Origin: Minisyncoccota bacterium | Lineage (GTDB): Bacteria; Patescibacteriota; Minisyncoccia; Phycocordibacterales; UBA2100 | NCBI GenBank assembly: GCA_035708165.1 | Contig: DASSSZ010000001.1 | Location: forward strand, 230,884-294,883 | Direction of reading: 5' to 3' | Length of the DNA: 64,000 nt | In this document: positions 51,191 through 60,895 of the stretch, one piece after another | How positions within the stretch are numbered: the stretch's first letter is position 1 | Layout: every line of letters begins with the position of its first letter | The notes under the pieces: generated by a model | What the model was told of the DNA's origin: nothing | Database searches by the model: none | What the model saw: the letters and a program-made list of their open reading frames with translations, nothing else | Program-made: the position numbers and the translations under genes

Positions 51191-51677
51191 CGCTGTGCTT
51201 CTCGAGCATGGACGCATCCTTCGCGATCTCATCGAGCTTGCCGATGCGGTACGCGTGCCGCTCCTCGCCTGAGAACGGCGTCTCGAGCCACGTCCGCACG
51301 GCGTCCTTCGCCTCGTCCTCGGAGAGGAATCCGCCCGCGAGCGAGAGGATGTTCGCATCGTTATGCTCGCGCGAGAGCGTGAGGATCGAGGGCTCATGGC
51401 CGTAGTAGACGGCAGCGCGCACGTGCGGGAAGCGATTCGCCGCCATCGCTTCGCCCTGTCCGGATTTGCCGAGGATGATGCCGCGGCATTCCGTGCCGTT
51501 CGCCGCATCAGCAGAGACGCGCGATGCCGCGCCGGCGATCAGCTCAGGGTAATCATCCGCCGAATCGAGCTCGAAGGCGCCGCAATCCTCTACCTCATGC
51601 CCGAGCTCCTTGAGGAATGGCACGAGCGCCTCCTTGAGTGCGAATCCTGCGTGATCCGTCGCGACGTAGATCTTCAT
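51183..51677 (-). CDS. rpiB: Ribose-5-phosphate isomerase B
   Basis: ATDHAG..LK, DDYP, SREHNDANIL, ERH. Confidence 0.93.
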   Translation of the reverse strand: MKIYVATDHAGFALKEALVPFLKELGHEVEDCGAFELDSADDYPELIAGAASRVSADAANGTECRGIILGKSGQGEAMAANRFPHVRAAVYYGHEPSILTLSREHNDANILSLAGGFLSEDEAKDAVRTWLETPFSGEERHAYRIGKLDEIAKDASMLEKHSDE

Positions 51678-51678
51678 G

Positions 51679-52686
51679 CTATGCCGTCTTCCCTGCCGCG
51701 ATGACGTGCTTCACGAGCGTGTGCACGTACCCGGCTTCGTTGTCGTACCAGCCGAGGACCTTCACCAGCGTGCCGTCCACGACGCGGGTCATGGCGAGAT
51801 CAGCGATGGAGCCGTACGGCTGCCCGACGACGTCCATCGAGGTGAGCTCGTCTTCCGTCACGGTGAAGACGCCATCCCAGCGCGGATCCGCGGCGGCCTT
51901 CTTCAGGGCGTCGTTCACCTCCTCGACGGAGGTCGGCCTCGAGGCGACGAAGGTCACATCCGCGATCGAGCCGGCCGGCGTCGGGACGCGCAGCGAGATG
52001 CCGTCGAACTTGCCAGCGAGCGAGGTGTGCGCGAGCGTGGTCGCTTTCGCGGCGCCGGTGGAGGTCGGGACGATGTTGAGCGCGGCTGCGCGCCCTTCGC
52101 GCACATCCTTCTTCGACGGCGCATCCACGATCGCCTGGCTCGCCGTATAGCTGTGCACGGTGTTGAGGATGGCGCGCTCGATCCCGATCGCCTCATTGAG
52201 GATGCCGATCAGGGGCGAGACCGCGTTGGTCGTGCAGGAGGCATTGCTGGTGATGGGGCAGGTCACGAACTGGTCCTCGTTCACGCCCATGAGGATAGTG
52301 GCCGCGCCTTCGCCCTTCGCCGGCGCGGAGATGACTACACGCTTCGCGCCCGCGTCGATGTGCCCCTGCGCCTTGGCCGGGTCGGTGAAGACGCCGGTCG
52401 ATTCCACGACGACATCCACGTCGTACTGCCCCCACGGGAGCTTCGCGAGATCTGGCTCATGCACGAATGCGACCTCCTTCCCGTCCACGATAAGCGCATC
52501 GTCCTTCGATTCCACGGAGAACGGCGCGCGACGATAGACGGAGTCATACTTGAGGAGGTATGCCAGCGTCTCTGTCGGCGCGAGATCATTGATGGCGACG
52601 ATCTCGATGTCGGGATTGCCCCATGCGGCGCGGAAGAAGACGCGCCCGATCCTCCCGAACCCATTGATTGCTACTCGTGTTGCCAT
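51679..52686 (-). CDS. gap: Glyceraldehyde-3-phosphate dehydrogenase
   Basis: INGFGRIGR, SNASCTTN, PTSTGAAKA, RVPT, WYDNE. Confidence 0.98.
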   Translation of the reverse strand: MATRVAINGFGRIGRVFFRAAWGNPDIEIVAINDLAPTETLAYLLKYDSVYRRAPFSVESKDDALIVDGKEVAFVHEPDLAKLPWGQYDVDVVVESTGVFTDPAKAQGHIDAGAKRVVISAPAKGEGAATILMGVNEDQFVTCPITSNASCTTNAVSPLIGILNEAIGIERAILNTVHSYTASQAIVDAPSKKDVREGRAAALNIVPTSTGAAKATTLAHTSLAGKFDGISLRVPTPAGSIADVTFVASRPTSVEEVNDALKKAAADPRWDGVFTVTEDELTSMDVVGQPYGSIADLAMTRVVDGTLVKVLGWYDNEAGYVHTLVKHVIAAGKTA

Positions 52687-52780
52687 ATCATTTTCCTGAT
52701 TATGCGCACGCCTGCCACCCGGCCGTGCCGCTACTATGCCAGAAGTGTACCACCACCCCGGCTGCCAGATATCCACCATT

Positions 52781-53620
52781 TGCGGAGGTTAAACCTCCGC
52801 AGATCTGTCCTCTATTTTAGATTATTTATGGAGATGTGCGGAGGTTTAACCTCCGCAATTTCCGCGAACCCTGCCCTCATTCCACCCACTCTGGTTGCTT
52901 GAGCCATGCATCGAGTTCGCGTTCCATCCCGATTCCTCCGGAGAAATAATCCGGGAATGCAGCAGGATTGATGATTGACTGCTGTATGCGCTTGCGCCCG
53001 ACATAATCAGCATAGCTGGAATACTCATAATCACGCAGGCCATGAGCATCCACGATCTCCCGCGGATTGAGGTGGATATATGCGAAGAGGTACTTGAGGT
53101 GAGTATCTTCGGTCACGTGGCGAGCCTTGAATGAGGAACCGAACAGGGCGCCAGTGCGCTCATTCTTCTTATTGAAATACATGGTGTAAGAAGTCATCAG
53201 CCTCTGCATGAACTTGCTCACACCCTTCCCTTCACTGTCATTCTCGCGAACGAGGATATGAAAATGATTCGGCATCAAGCAATATGCGCCAATGTCCACC
53301 AGCGGCCTTCCTCGATCGAATGAGAAAACGGATGAGGAATCCGCGGAGGTTAAACCTCCGCGAGATCGCTTGATCTCGCGGATTTCAGTTCCCTTCTGGA
53401 CCGCATTGAACAGATACATGCCTTCGAGGAATCGCTGATACTCTGCTCCATCCCGATAGACTGGCATCTTCTCGACGCCGCGCGCATAGAGATGGTAGTA
53501 CTCACCCGGAGCGAATACGTAGTTGCGTGCCATGACAAAAGCATAGCACAGCTTGCGGAGGTTAAACCTCCGGAACTTCGTACAAGGTTCGCAGAGATTG
53601 CGGAGGTTTAACCTCCGCAA
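52781..53620. repeat. REP-like palindrome GCGGAGGTT(A/T)AACCTCCGC, five copies (52781, 52837, 53342, 53554, 53598)
   Basis: Read directly; one inverted pair on each side of the transposase plus one intragenic copy. Confidence 0.9.
52877..53533 (-). mobile_element. REP-associated tyrosine (Y1 HUH, RAYT-like) transposase 1
   Basis: YYHLYARG, AYCLMPNHFH (HUH), FMQRL..YTMYFN, YIHLNP, YSSY. Confidence 0.92.
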
Positions 53621-53639
53621 GAAGAGATGATTAGATTAA

Positions 53640-54227
53640 TTAGATGAACTGCCAGGTCTGCATGATTCCCGCGAGCCACGCATCATCATCCTTATAAGTG
53701 GTCACCTCATAGAGGAAGCCGCCATGGATGAACCACACCTCGCGCGTATCCCCCATTACCGGGTTGTTCCCGAAGAACATCGTCCCCGTCACGCCATCTA
53801 TGACCACGCTCGTGGGCTGCGTGCGCACGCCGGAGGGCTCGTCGAGCAGGAACCGCGCATCGCTTATGGTCGAGCTCGCGTACGACACGATATACACCTG
53901 GAACGCATGCGTATCATCCGCATCTTCGAAGGTGATCGTGTGCCCGCCGCCCGCTTCATCGTACTCGGCGCCGGTGAGCGTATCGGGATAGAGCAGGGAG
54001 AAATGATAGACGGCATTGTGGTACTCGCGTTCGCCCTCCGGCACCGCGCGCGGGTGCGTGAGAGGCGCACGCGGCGCGGCGAATGCTGCAAGCGCGCGCG
54101 CCGGATCAGCGGCAAACGCAGCAGGCGCAGCCGCATGGCGAAGCCATGCGGCTGCGCCGATCACGATCAGAAGCACCGCCGCCGCGCACCCGGCGAGTAT
54201 CAGCTTCCGGTTCCCGAGCTGCCGCAT
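53640..54227 (-). CDS. Membrane-anchored hypothetical protein (possibly PsbP/Mog1-like), paralog A
   Basis: N-terminal TM; YHFSLLYP..TREVWFIHGGFLYEVT..IMQTWQF; TGATG overlap with the upstream stop. Confidence 0.75.
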   Translation of the reverse strand: MRQLGNRKLILAGCAAAVLLIVIGAAAWLRHAAAPAAFAADPARALAAFAAPRAPLTHPRAVPEGEREYHNAVYHFSLLYPDTLTGAEYDEAGGGHTITFEDADDTHAFQVYIVSYASSTISDARFLLDEPSGVRTQPTSVVIDGVTGTMFFGNNPVMGDTREVWFIHGGFLYEVTTYKDDDAWLAGIMQTWQFI

Positions 54228-55393
54228 CAATGGAACCATATCAATCCATGGAACTTGATCCTGCCGTGCAGACGGATGACGCGGCCGTCCGATGTGCCGC
54301 TGCCGCCCGTACCCTCATCCTCTTCTTCGCCGCCGCTCGTCGGCGCATACGTGATCACGATGAGCCCCTGACCGCCGGTGCCACCCGCGCCATTGTACGT
54401 GCCGGAAGAGCCTGAAGAGCCGCCGCCACCTCCGCCGCCTCCGTAAATGCCACCCGCGCCACCCACTCCATACGTGCTCACGGTCGTCTGGCCGTAATAC
54501 GCATTTCCTCCCCCGCCGCCTCCGCCTGCGCCATGCGTCGCATCCCATTCGGTGCCTGCACCGCCTGCACCGCCCGTTTGCGTGCCGCTCGCGGCATTGT
54601 TCTGGCCGGCGCCGCCGCCGCCCGCGCCATCCGTACCATCCGTCGCTGGAGTAGTATTCGTGCCCGCCGTGCCTCCGTCCACTCCGTTTCGATTATTCCC
54701 GCCGCTCCCGCCTGCGTGGTAAGACGGCGCAACCGGCGAATCACCCACCGTACCGCCATCCGCACCACCTCCGCCTGAGCCACCGACGTAGCCAGTCGCC
54801 GTCTCATTACTCCCGCCGTCCGCACCGTCGGCATTCGGCCCGGCCGCACCGCCTCCGCCTCCGGCGCCATAGTTGCCCGCGCCGCTATTGCCGCCATTGC
54901 CACCGTCGTAAGTAACCGTCCCGATGCTTCCAGATACCGCGCCGCCCGCACCGCCGTTCGTGGACGAGCCGTTGGCGCCGGCCGCCGCCCGCACCGTTGA
55001 AATGCTACCGAACCACGTATCCGCTCCCGAGCCGCCGGCTCCGATGGAATACGAGACGGAACCGGAGAGCCCTTCGAGATCCGATACCTCGGCATATGCG
55101 CCACCGCCTCCTCCGCCGCCGCCTTTCGAGTTTGCGCCCTTCGCTCCGTTGCCGCCTGCGCCGATCACCTCGATTGTATTCGTGTCCGACCAGTCGCTCG
55201 GGACCGTCCAGTTTGTCGCAGCAGTATCGGTGAGATACCCGCGACACTCACCGCCGCCGATATCTGACCCGAAATCGCACGTAGTCGCCTGCGCGATCGG
55301 AACCGCTGATACGAACGGCGCGAATGCGAGCGCCGCCGCCAGAGCCGATGCGCATGCGCGGCGCAGCATCCGTTCCAGCATCCCCTTCCTCAT
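54227..55393 (-). CDS. Secreted glycine-rich protein
   Basis: Signal peptide; WTVP..IEVIGAGG.G..GGGGGAY..GGQGLIVITY; acidic linker; C-terminal motif. Confidence 0.85.
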   Translation of the reverse strand: MRKGMLERMLRRACASALAAALAFAPFVSAVPIAQATTCDFGSDIGGGECRGYLTDTAATNWTVPSDWSDTNTIEVIGAGGNGAKGANSKGGGGGGGGAYAEVSDLEGLSGSVSYSIGAGGSGADTWFGSISTVRAAAGANGSSTNGGAGGAVSGSIGTVTYDGGNGGNSGAGNYGAGGGGGAAGPNADGADGGSNETATGYVGGSGGGGADGGTVGDSPVAPSYHAGGSGGNNRNGVDGGTAGTNTTPATDGTDGAGGGGAGQNNAASGTQTGGAGGAGTEWDATHGAGGGGGGGNAYYGQTTVSTYGVGGAGGIYGGGGGGGGSSGSSGTYNGAGGTGGQGLIVITYAPTSGGEEEDEGTGGSGTSDGRVIRLHGRIKFHGLIWFH

Positions 55394-55458
55394 ATCCTGA
55401 TTCTAGCATCGAGCGAACGCGACGCGCTCATACCGATCACTATCGCTCTATCCAGCGG

Positions 55459-56079
55459 CTACTGCGGATCCGCTGCATGATCCGTGCTGCTCGCGAAGCG
55501 GAACGTCTGCATGATGCTCGCGAGCCAGCTGTCAGCGCTGAATGGCGCCGTCACCTCGAAGAGGAATCCATCGTGAATGAACCACACCTCGCGCGTCTGC
55601 TCATGCGTCAGAGGATCCGAGCTCTGGAAGATCGCCGCGTGGATTGCCTGTCCTATCCCGATCACCGCTTCCTGCATGTCGCGGATGTCACCGTTCGGGA
55701 TGTCTTCCGCGAGCCGCGCCTGGGTGATCGTCGCCTGCGCATACGGCGTGATGAAGAGCTGGAAGCGCTCGTCGCTCGTCGAGCTCGCATCGCGCGGCGC
55801 GAAGACGTCTATCTCGGATGCGTTCCCTTCCTTATCGCGCGTCACGCCGAGCGAATCAGGAAAGTCGAGGCTGAAAGCGTAGCGCGGGTGCGTGAAGCGC
55901 GCCATGCCTGGCGCGAGCGCGTTGCCGACCTTCTCCACTTTCGGCACCAGGCCGGCCGCTCCGACAGCAGCAGGCTTCATAGCGTACCGCACGAAGAACC
56001 AGCTGCCCAGTCCAAGCGCAATGAGCATGACAATCACGGCAGGGACCAGCAGAGATATCTTGGAGAATGGCATATGCAA
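55459..56079 (-). CDS. Membrane-anchored hypothetical protein, paralog B
   Basis: N-terminal TM; YAFSLDFP..TREVWFIHDGFLFEVT..IMQTFRF, similar to 53640-54227. Confidence 0.78.
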   Translation of the reverse strand: MHMPFSKISLLVPAVIVMLIALGLGSWFFVRYAMKPAAVGAAGLVPKVEKVGNALAPGMARFTHPRYAFSLDFPDSLGVTRDKEGNASEIDVFAPRDASSTSDERFQLFITPYAQATITQARLAEDIPNGDIRDMQEAVIGIGQAIHAAIFQSSDPLTHEQTREVWFIHDGFLFEVTAPFSADSWLASIMQTFRFASSTDHAADPQ

Positions 56080-56086
56080 GATGATA

Positions 56087-57904
56087 TCAATAGAGTCGCA
56101 CGCCTGTCAGCCGCACGTTGCCGAGCAGCCGGATGATCTTCCGTACCGCCGTTTCCGTCGTCGTCACGCTCGCAGTCGGGCTCCAGTCAGAGATGGTGCC
56201 GCCCGTGTCCTTCGCTTCCGCTCGGAAGGTGTACTCAGTCCCATGAGTAAGCCCGGTGACGGTCGTCCCATCCCATGCGGCATCCGTCTGCCAGACGGCA
56301 GTGGCCGATGGATCGCCGGAGGCGTCCACGTACTTCCCGTCCCAGCTCGAGTCGGTCGGAAGCGTAGTGGAGACCTGGATCGCGTAAGTCACAGAGGATT
56401 CGTTCCCATTCGCATCGTTGCTGAGCGTGACAGATGAATCGGTCTGGTCAGCGAGCGCAGGAGCACCAGGAGCGGTGAGTACGCTAGGGAGAGTACCGGT
56501 CCAGATGTCGCCTTGGTTGCTATCTGCTACCACAATCTTTCCATCTGAAGAAATGGCGATGCCGCCCCATGAACGAGCACCTGCCGCAGTTTGATCGGTC
56601 CAGGTGACCCCACCATCAGAAGATGTATAGATATCACCGCTTAGGGTTGCAAGCTTCATACCGTCTGAGGACATGACGATACTTCCCCACATACGAGCAC
56701 CTGCCGCAGTTTGATCGGTCCAGGTGACCCCACCATCAGAAGATGTATAGATATCACCACCGGAATAACTCGCTCCAAAATAATCTACGGCAGCAAGCTT
56801 CATACCATCCGAGGACATGGCGATGCCGTTCCAATAACGAGCACCTGCCGCAGTTTGATCGGTCCAGGTGACCCCACCATCAGAAGATGTATAGATATCA
56901 CCACCGCCCAAATCTACGGCAGCAAGCTTCATACCATCCGAGGACATGGCGATGCCGTTCCAATAACGAGCACCTGCCGCAGTTTGATCGGTCCAGGTGA
57001 CCCCACCATCAGAAGATGTGAATATGTCACCACCGGCACCACCTCCATTATCAATTGCTGCGAGATGCGTCCCATCTGCCGATAAGGCAATGAACGACCA
57101 GTCGCGCGATCCGGCGGCAGTCCGATCGATCCAGGTGACCCCACCATCAGAAGATGTGAATATGTCACCCCCATTGGTATTATTCCCATCATGCCCAGAC
57201 ACTGTCACAGCAAGATTCATACCATCCGAGGACATGGCGATACCAGCCCAGTAACGAGCACCTGCCGCAGTTTGATCGGTCCAAGTAACGCCGCCATCAG
57301 AAGATGTATAGATATCGCCGCCGGAAAGATTTGCCCCATAACCATCTGTCGCCACAAGATGTACGCCATCAGCACTTGAGGCGACAAACGACCAAGAGCG
57401 CGTTCCAGAGCCAGTCTGATCGGTCCATGTATATGTCTCCGAAGGAGCTGCTGCGGCTGTCGAGAAGCTCAAGATCGAACCGTACCCAGAGTCATTCCCG
57501 CCGCCGCTCTGCTGGGAATAAGCTCTGAAATAATATGTAGTATCGGCGGCGAGACCGCTCAATGCCACCAGGAAGGTTCCCGTCCCGACTGATATCGAGG
57601 GACAGGATGCGGTAGTGGTTGCCGTATCGCCACCGGAGAGCGTCGGCACAGTACCCCATGCGAAGTCACAGGCCAGTAGCGTCAGCCCACCCTGAGGGAG
57701 GGTAACAGAACCATTGAGCGTCGCCGCATCGCTTCCGACCGCGCTCGCAGCCGTCGTAGTGACCGTCGGCGGTAAAGAACCGCCTGGTGCTGCAGCAGCC
57801 GTTTGCGGATACGAGAAGAACAGAGCGGCAGCGAGTATATACACACCCGCAAGGACGGGCAGCAGCAAGACTGATTCAGCTATTTTCGCACGCAGTATCC
57901 TCAC
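56087..57904 (-). CDS. Secreted Asp-box (BNR) beta-propeller protein flanked by FN3-like domains
   Basis: Six GDI(Y/F)TSSDGGVTW repeats; signal peptide; TTYYFRAY and TEYTFRA strands. Confidence 0.87.
   Translation of the reverse strand: MRILRAKIAESVLLLPVLAGVYILAAALFFSYPQTAAAAPGGSLPPTVTTTAASAVGSDAATLNGSVTLPQGGLTLLACDFAWGTVPTLSGGDTATTTASCPSISVGTGTFLVALSGLAADTTYYFRAYSQQSGGGNDSGYGSILSFSTAAAAPSETYTWTDQTGSGTRSWSFVASSADGVHLVATDGYGANLSGGDIYTSSDGGVTWTDQTAAGARYWAGIAMSSDGMNLAVTVSGHDGNNTNGGDIFTSSDGGVTWIDRTAAGSRDWSFIALSADGTHLAAIDNGGGAGGDIFTSSDGGVTWTDQTAAGARYWNGIAMSSDGMKLAAVDLGGGDIYTSSDGGVTWTDQTAAGARYWNGIAMSSDGMKLAAVDYFGASYSGGDIYTSSDGGVTWTDQTAAGARMWGSIVMSSDGMKLATLSGDIYTSSDGGVTWTDQTAAGARSWGGIAISSDGKIVVADSNQGDIWTGTLPSVLTAPGAPALADQTDSSVTLSNDANGNESSVTYAIQVSTTLPTDSSWDGKYVDASGDPSATAVWQTDAAWDGTTVTGLTHGTEYTFRAEAKDTGGTISDWSPTASVTTTETAVRKIIRLLGNVRLTGVRLY
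56573..57320 (-). repeat. Near-identical coding repeats of about 65 bp at 120-150 bp period
   Basis: acgagcacctgccgcagtttgatcggtcc.. at 56573, 56693, 56837, 56966 and 57254, with a variant near 57104. Confidence 0.9.
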
Positions 57905-58051
57905 ACCCTCATTATATAGCAGCTAATACAACCTGCCCGATTGATTGCAGATCCGAGCGCAGACCGAACAATCAGCTGTGCTCTGCGCACACAGAGTACA
58001 GCGTAATGAGTGGTAACGCGTACTATCGTCCCATTTTCCGCTCTTCACATC

Positions 58052-60877
58052 TTAGAAAAGCGCCATGCCGAAGAGGGTCGTACCGCCGAAGAGGATGACC
58101 GATTTCGCGATGTGCTCCGTCGTCGTCACGCCCCCGCTGCCGCTCCAGTCAGTCGTGATGCCGTCGCCGTTCTCTGCCTGCGATTCGATCGTGTACTGCG
58201 TGCCGCTCTGAAGGCCGGTCATCGTGGTCGCATCCCACGCTGCATCCGTCTGCCAGACAGGCGTCGCCGATGGATCGCCGGACGCATCCACATACATGCC
58301 GTCCCACGCGGAATCCGTAGGCGAAGACGCCGTCACCTTGATCGCGAAGAGCGTGTTGCTCGGATTGCCGTTCGCATCGTTCGCGATGTTCGCAGTGCTC
58401 TCGGTCTGACCGGAGAGCGAGGGCGTGCCGGGAGTATTGGCGAACGTGTACGCTTCCGCGACGCTGCTCGTCGCGGTGTAGTTCGGCGTCGGCGCAGAGT
58501 CGCGCGTCGTGATCGCGTAGCCGTAGCACTTGTTCACGTCGAGCCCGGTATCGGTGTAGGTCGCGCTCGTCTGCCAGCCGGAATCAGCGCCGCCCGTGCC
58601 TGCGTCACTTCCGCAGGCCTTGTAGGTGAAATCATATTCGACGGGCGTGGATGATGCATCGGTTGCTGTGGTTGCGGTCATGGTGATCGCAGAACTTGAA
58701 GTTGCAGCCGGCACGGAATCGAACGTCGCCGGATTCGGCGTGGGTGCAGTGGTGTCGGGAGGCGCCGATTGCGGCGTATAGATGATCACGATGATGCCCT
58801 GGCCGCCGGTACCGCCGGTACCGGCGGCACTGCCAGCCGCGCCAGCACCGCCGCCAGCACCGCCATACGTACCACCAGCGCCGCCATTTCCTGCATTATT
58901 GCCGAATCCCATTCCCGACCCGCCGCCGCCGCCGCCTGCGCCATGTGTGGCATCCCATTCAGTACCCGCGCCGCCTGCGCCGCCATTGCCTGAACTACCA
59001 GACTCCCAGCCATACCCAGAACCGGCGCCGCCACTTCCGTTGCTTCCGTTTCCGCCGGCGCTGCTGCTTCCCGAGGTTGACCCGTCCGATCCGATACCGC
59101 CAGCCGTGCCGGTCGTCCCTGCGCCGCCATTGCCACCCTTCGATGATGATCCGGCAGATCCGGCCGTGGAAGACCCTCCATCCGCTCCGCCGCCGCCGCC
59201 GGCGGTATTGGGCGTAGAGGCATATGGCTTTCCGCCGCCTTTGCCAGCGCCGAACGGGCCCGCGGCCCCGCCACCTCCGCCCCCACCGTATGGCGAGCTG
59301 CCAGACACGGCCGCGCCAGCTCCGCCTGCGTACAGCGTTGTCCCTACCGAATTGCTCGTGCTACCGCCCGCACCAGCAGTCTTCCCTGATGCGTTCGCTC
59401 CGTTCGCTGCTGCAACCGTGCTGCTCGTATCGAACCATGTCGTGCCGGAGCCAACGCCACCCGCACCGATCGAATACGCAACGGAGCTGCCTGGAGTGAG
59501 CGAGAGATTCGCGATTTTTGCGTACGCACCGCCGCCACCGCCTGCGCCAGCGTACGACTCAGCAACACTGTTTGCACCATTCCCTCCTGCACCGATCGCC
59601 TCGATCGTATTGTTCGTGCTATCCCAGTCATCCGGCACGGTCCAGCTCGTGCCTGAGGTGAGGAAGATGATGCACTCGGTTCCGTTATACACGGCGCCAG
59701 CGTCGCAGGTCACCGGTTCATCCTCTTCCTCTTCGTCCCCACCACCGAGCGATGTTTCCGCGCCGACCTCATAGAATGTGCTCGGGCTCGTTTCGGTGTC
59801 GTATGCGGCCGCGAGCCAATCGGCACTGCGCGCTACCGAGGAGATGCGGAATTCATCGATATCTCCCGTGAAATACGCGCTCCCCGATGAGCCGGATGAG
59901 ACGTCCGAACCGATGTTCAGGCCGCTCGTATCGCCTGCGTCGATACTCGAGCCCAAGCCGTTCGTCGTGCCTTTGAGCGTGCCGTCCGTATAACCCTTCA
60001 GCGTCCCTGCGGAGCCGTCGAAGACACCGGCGACCTGATGCCATGCGGAAGTCGAGAGCGTGCCGACGTTCGCGACCTCGTTCGCGCCGTCGATCTTCAC
60101 CAGAGGCCCCTGGTCCCCGGCACCGCTGAAGGAAAGCAGGAAGAGCTGATTGCTCAGCTCCATGGAGCGCTCGCCGCTGTATGAGCTCGATTTCACGAAC
60201 ATCGAGAAGGTCGCGGCGTTCCCTATCGCGGCACGCTGAGCCGTCGTCGTGTTGATATGCGCGTTCGTGCTGCCGGAGAAACTGGTCGCTTCGCCTGCGA
60301 TACCCGAGACGAGCGTCCCGCCGTCCTCCGTAGAGTCAGAGAAAGTGCCCGTCGAATCGACCAGAGTCGAGCCATCCATGTGCCAGACGCCAAGGAACCC
60401 GTTCGACCACACTGCCGGCGCATCCGACTGGTCCGTGGTAATGGAGGAATCGCCGTAGCAGAGATAGAAGGCGGTGTCGGACGTATGCGAGAGAGTCGGC
60501 AGTTTCACCCAGTACGTGACGGCCCCGGTCGAGGCATCATAGCTCTCCGTCTCCCAATCGAGCTTCGTGCTGCAGGAGGAATCGCTGTAGAAGCCGATGT
60601 CATAGCCGCTCGTATTCTGCGCATCGCCACCGTTCGCAGTCGTCGCGAGATAGCTGTACGTGCCGGAGACAAGTACCGGGAAATCGGTAAGATCCGATCC
60701 TACCGTACCGGAGGGGATGGTAATGGAGCGGGTATACGAGAAGCCGTCCGCATTGGCGAGCGCGGGCGAAAGCGCGTATGCGGTGGCGAAGATTGCCAAG
60801 CAAAGCAGCGCGACTCGCGCGGATGCGGTCGCGGGTGTGATGCGTCGTACGTGCGGTTGCGTATCAGGTTTTCTCAT
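58052..60877 (-). CDS. Large secreted modular protein (DUF2341-like, LamG-like, Gly-rich and FN3-like domains)
   Basis: LTDFPVLV..LDWETE..YWVKLP..YYG; WHQVAGVFDG..GDIDEFRIS; Gly-rich block; FN3-like tail. Confidence 0.85.
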   Translation of the reverse strand: MRKPDTQPHVRRITPATASARVALLCLAIFATAYALSPALANADGFSYTRSITIPSGTVGSDLTDFPVLVSGTYSYLATTANGGDAQNTSGYDIGFYSDSSCSTKLDWETESYDASTGAVTYWVKLPTLSHTSDTAFYLCYGDSSITTDQSDAPAVWSNGFLGVWHMDGSTLVDSTGTFSDSTEDGGTLVSGIAGEATSFSGSTNAHINTTTAQRAAIGNAATFSMFVKSSSYSGERSMELSNQLFLLSFSGAGDQGPLVKIDGANEVANVGTLSTSAWHQVAGVFDGSAGTLKGYTDGTLKGTTNGLGSSIDAGDTSGLNIGSDVSSGSSGSAYFTGDIDEFRISSVARSADWLAAAYDTETSPSTFYEVGAETSLGGGDEEEEDEPVTCDAGAVYNGTECIIFLTSGTSWTVPDDWDSTNNTIEAIGAGGNGANSVAESYAGAGGGGGAYAKIANLSLTPGSSVAYSIGAGGVGSGTTWFDTSSTVAAANGANASGKTAGAGGSTSNSVGTTLYAGGAGAAVSGSSPYGGGGGGGAAGPFGAGKGGGKPYASTPNTAGGGGGADGGSSTAGSAGSSSKGGNGGAGTTGTAGGIGSDGSTSGSSSAGGNGSNGSGGAGSGYGWESGSSGNGGAGGAGTEWDATHGAGGGGGGSGMGFGNNAGNGGAGGTYGGAGGGAGAAGSAAGTGGTGGQGIIVIIYTPQSAPPDTTAPTPNPATFDSVPAATSSSAITMTATTATDASSTPVEYDFTYKACGSDAGTGGADSGWQTSATYTDTGLDVNKCYGYAITTRDSAPTPNYTATSSVAEAYTFANTPGTPSLSGQTESTANIANDANGNPSNTLFAIKVTASSPTDSAWDGMYVDASGDPSATPVWQTDAAWDATTMTGLQSGTQYTIESQAENGDGITTDWSGSGGVTTTEHIAKSVILFGGTTLFGMALF

Positions 60878-60895
60878 ATCGATATCATTCTTCAA

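Noticed and set aside
52781-53620. Palindromic repeats as a CRISPR array or IS terminal inverted repeats
   Set aside because: They are irregularly spaced hairpins around an HUH Y1 transposase, which fits REP/RAYT; there is no DDE enzyme.
56573-57320. CRISPR-like repeat-spacer appearance
   Set aside because: The repeats are about 65 bp, in frame inside a protein (Asp-box blades), the spacers resemble each other, and no cas genes are present.
58782-59774. Proline-rich 330-aa plus-strand ORF
   Set aside because: Reverse complement of the Gly-rich codons of the minus-strand gene.
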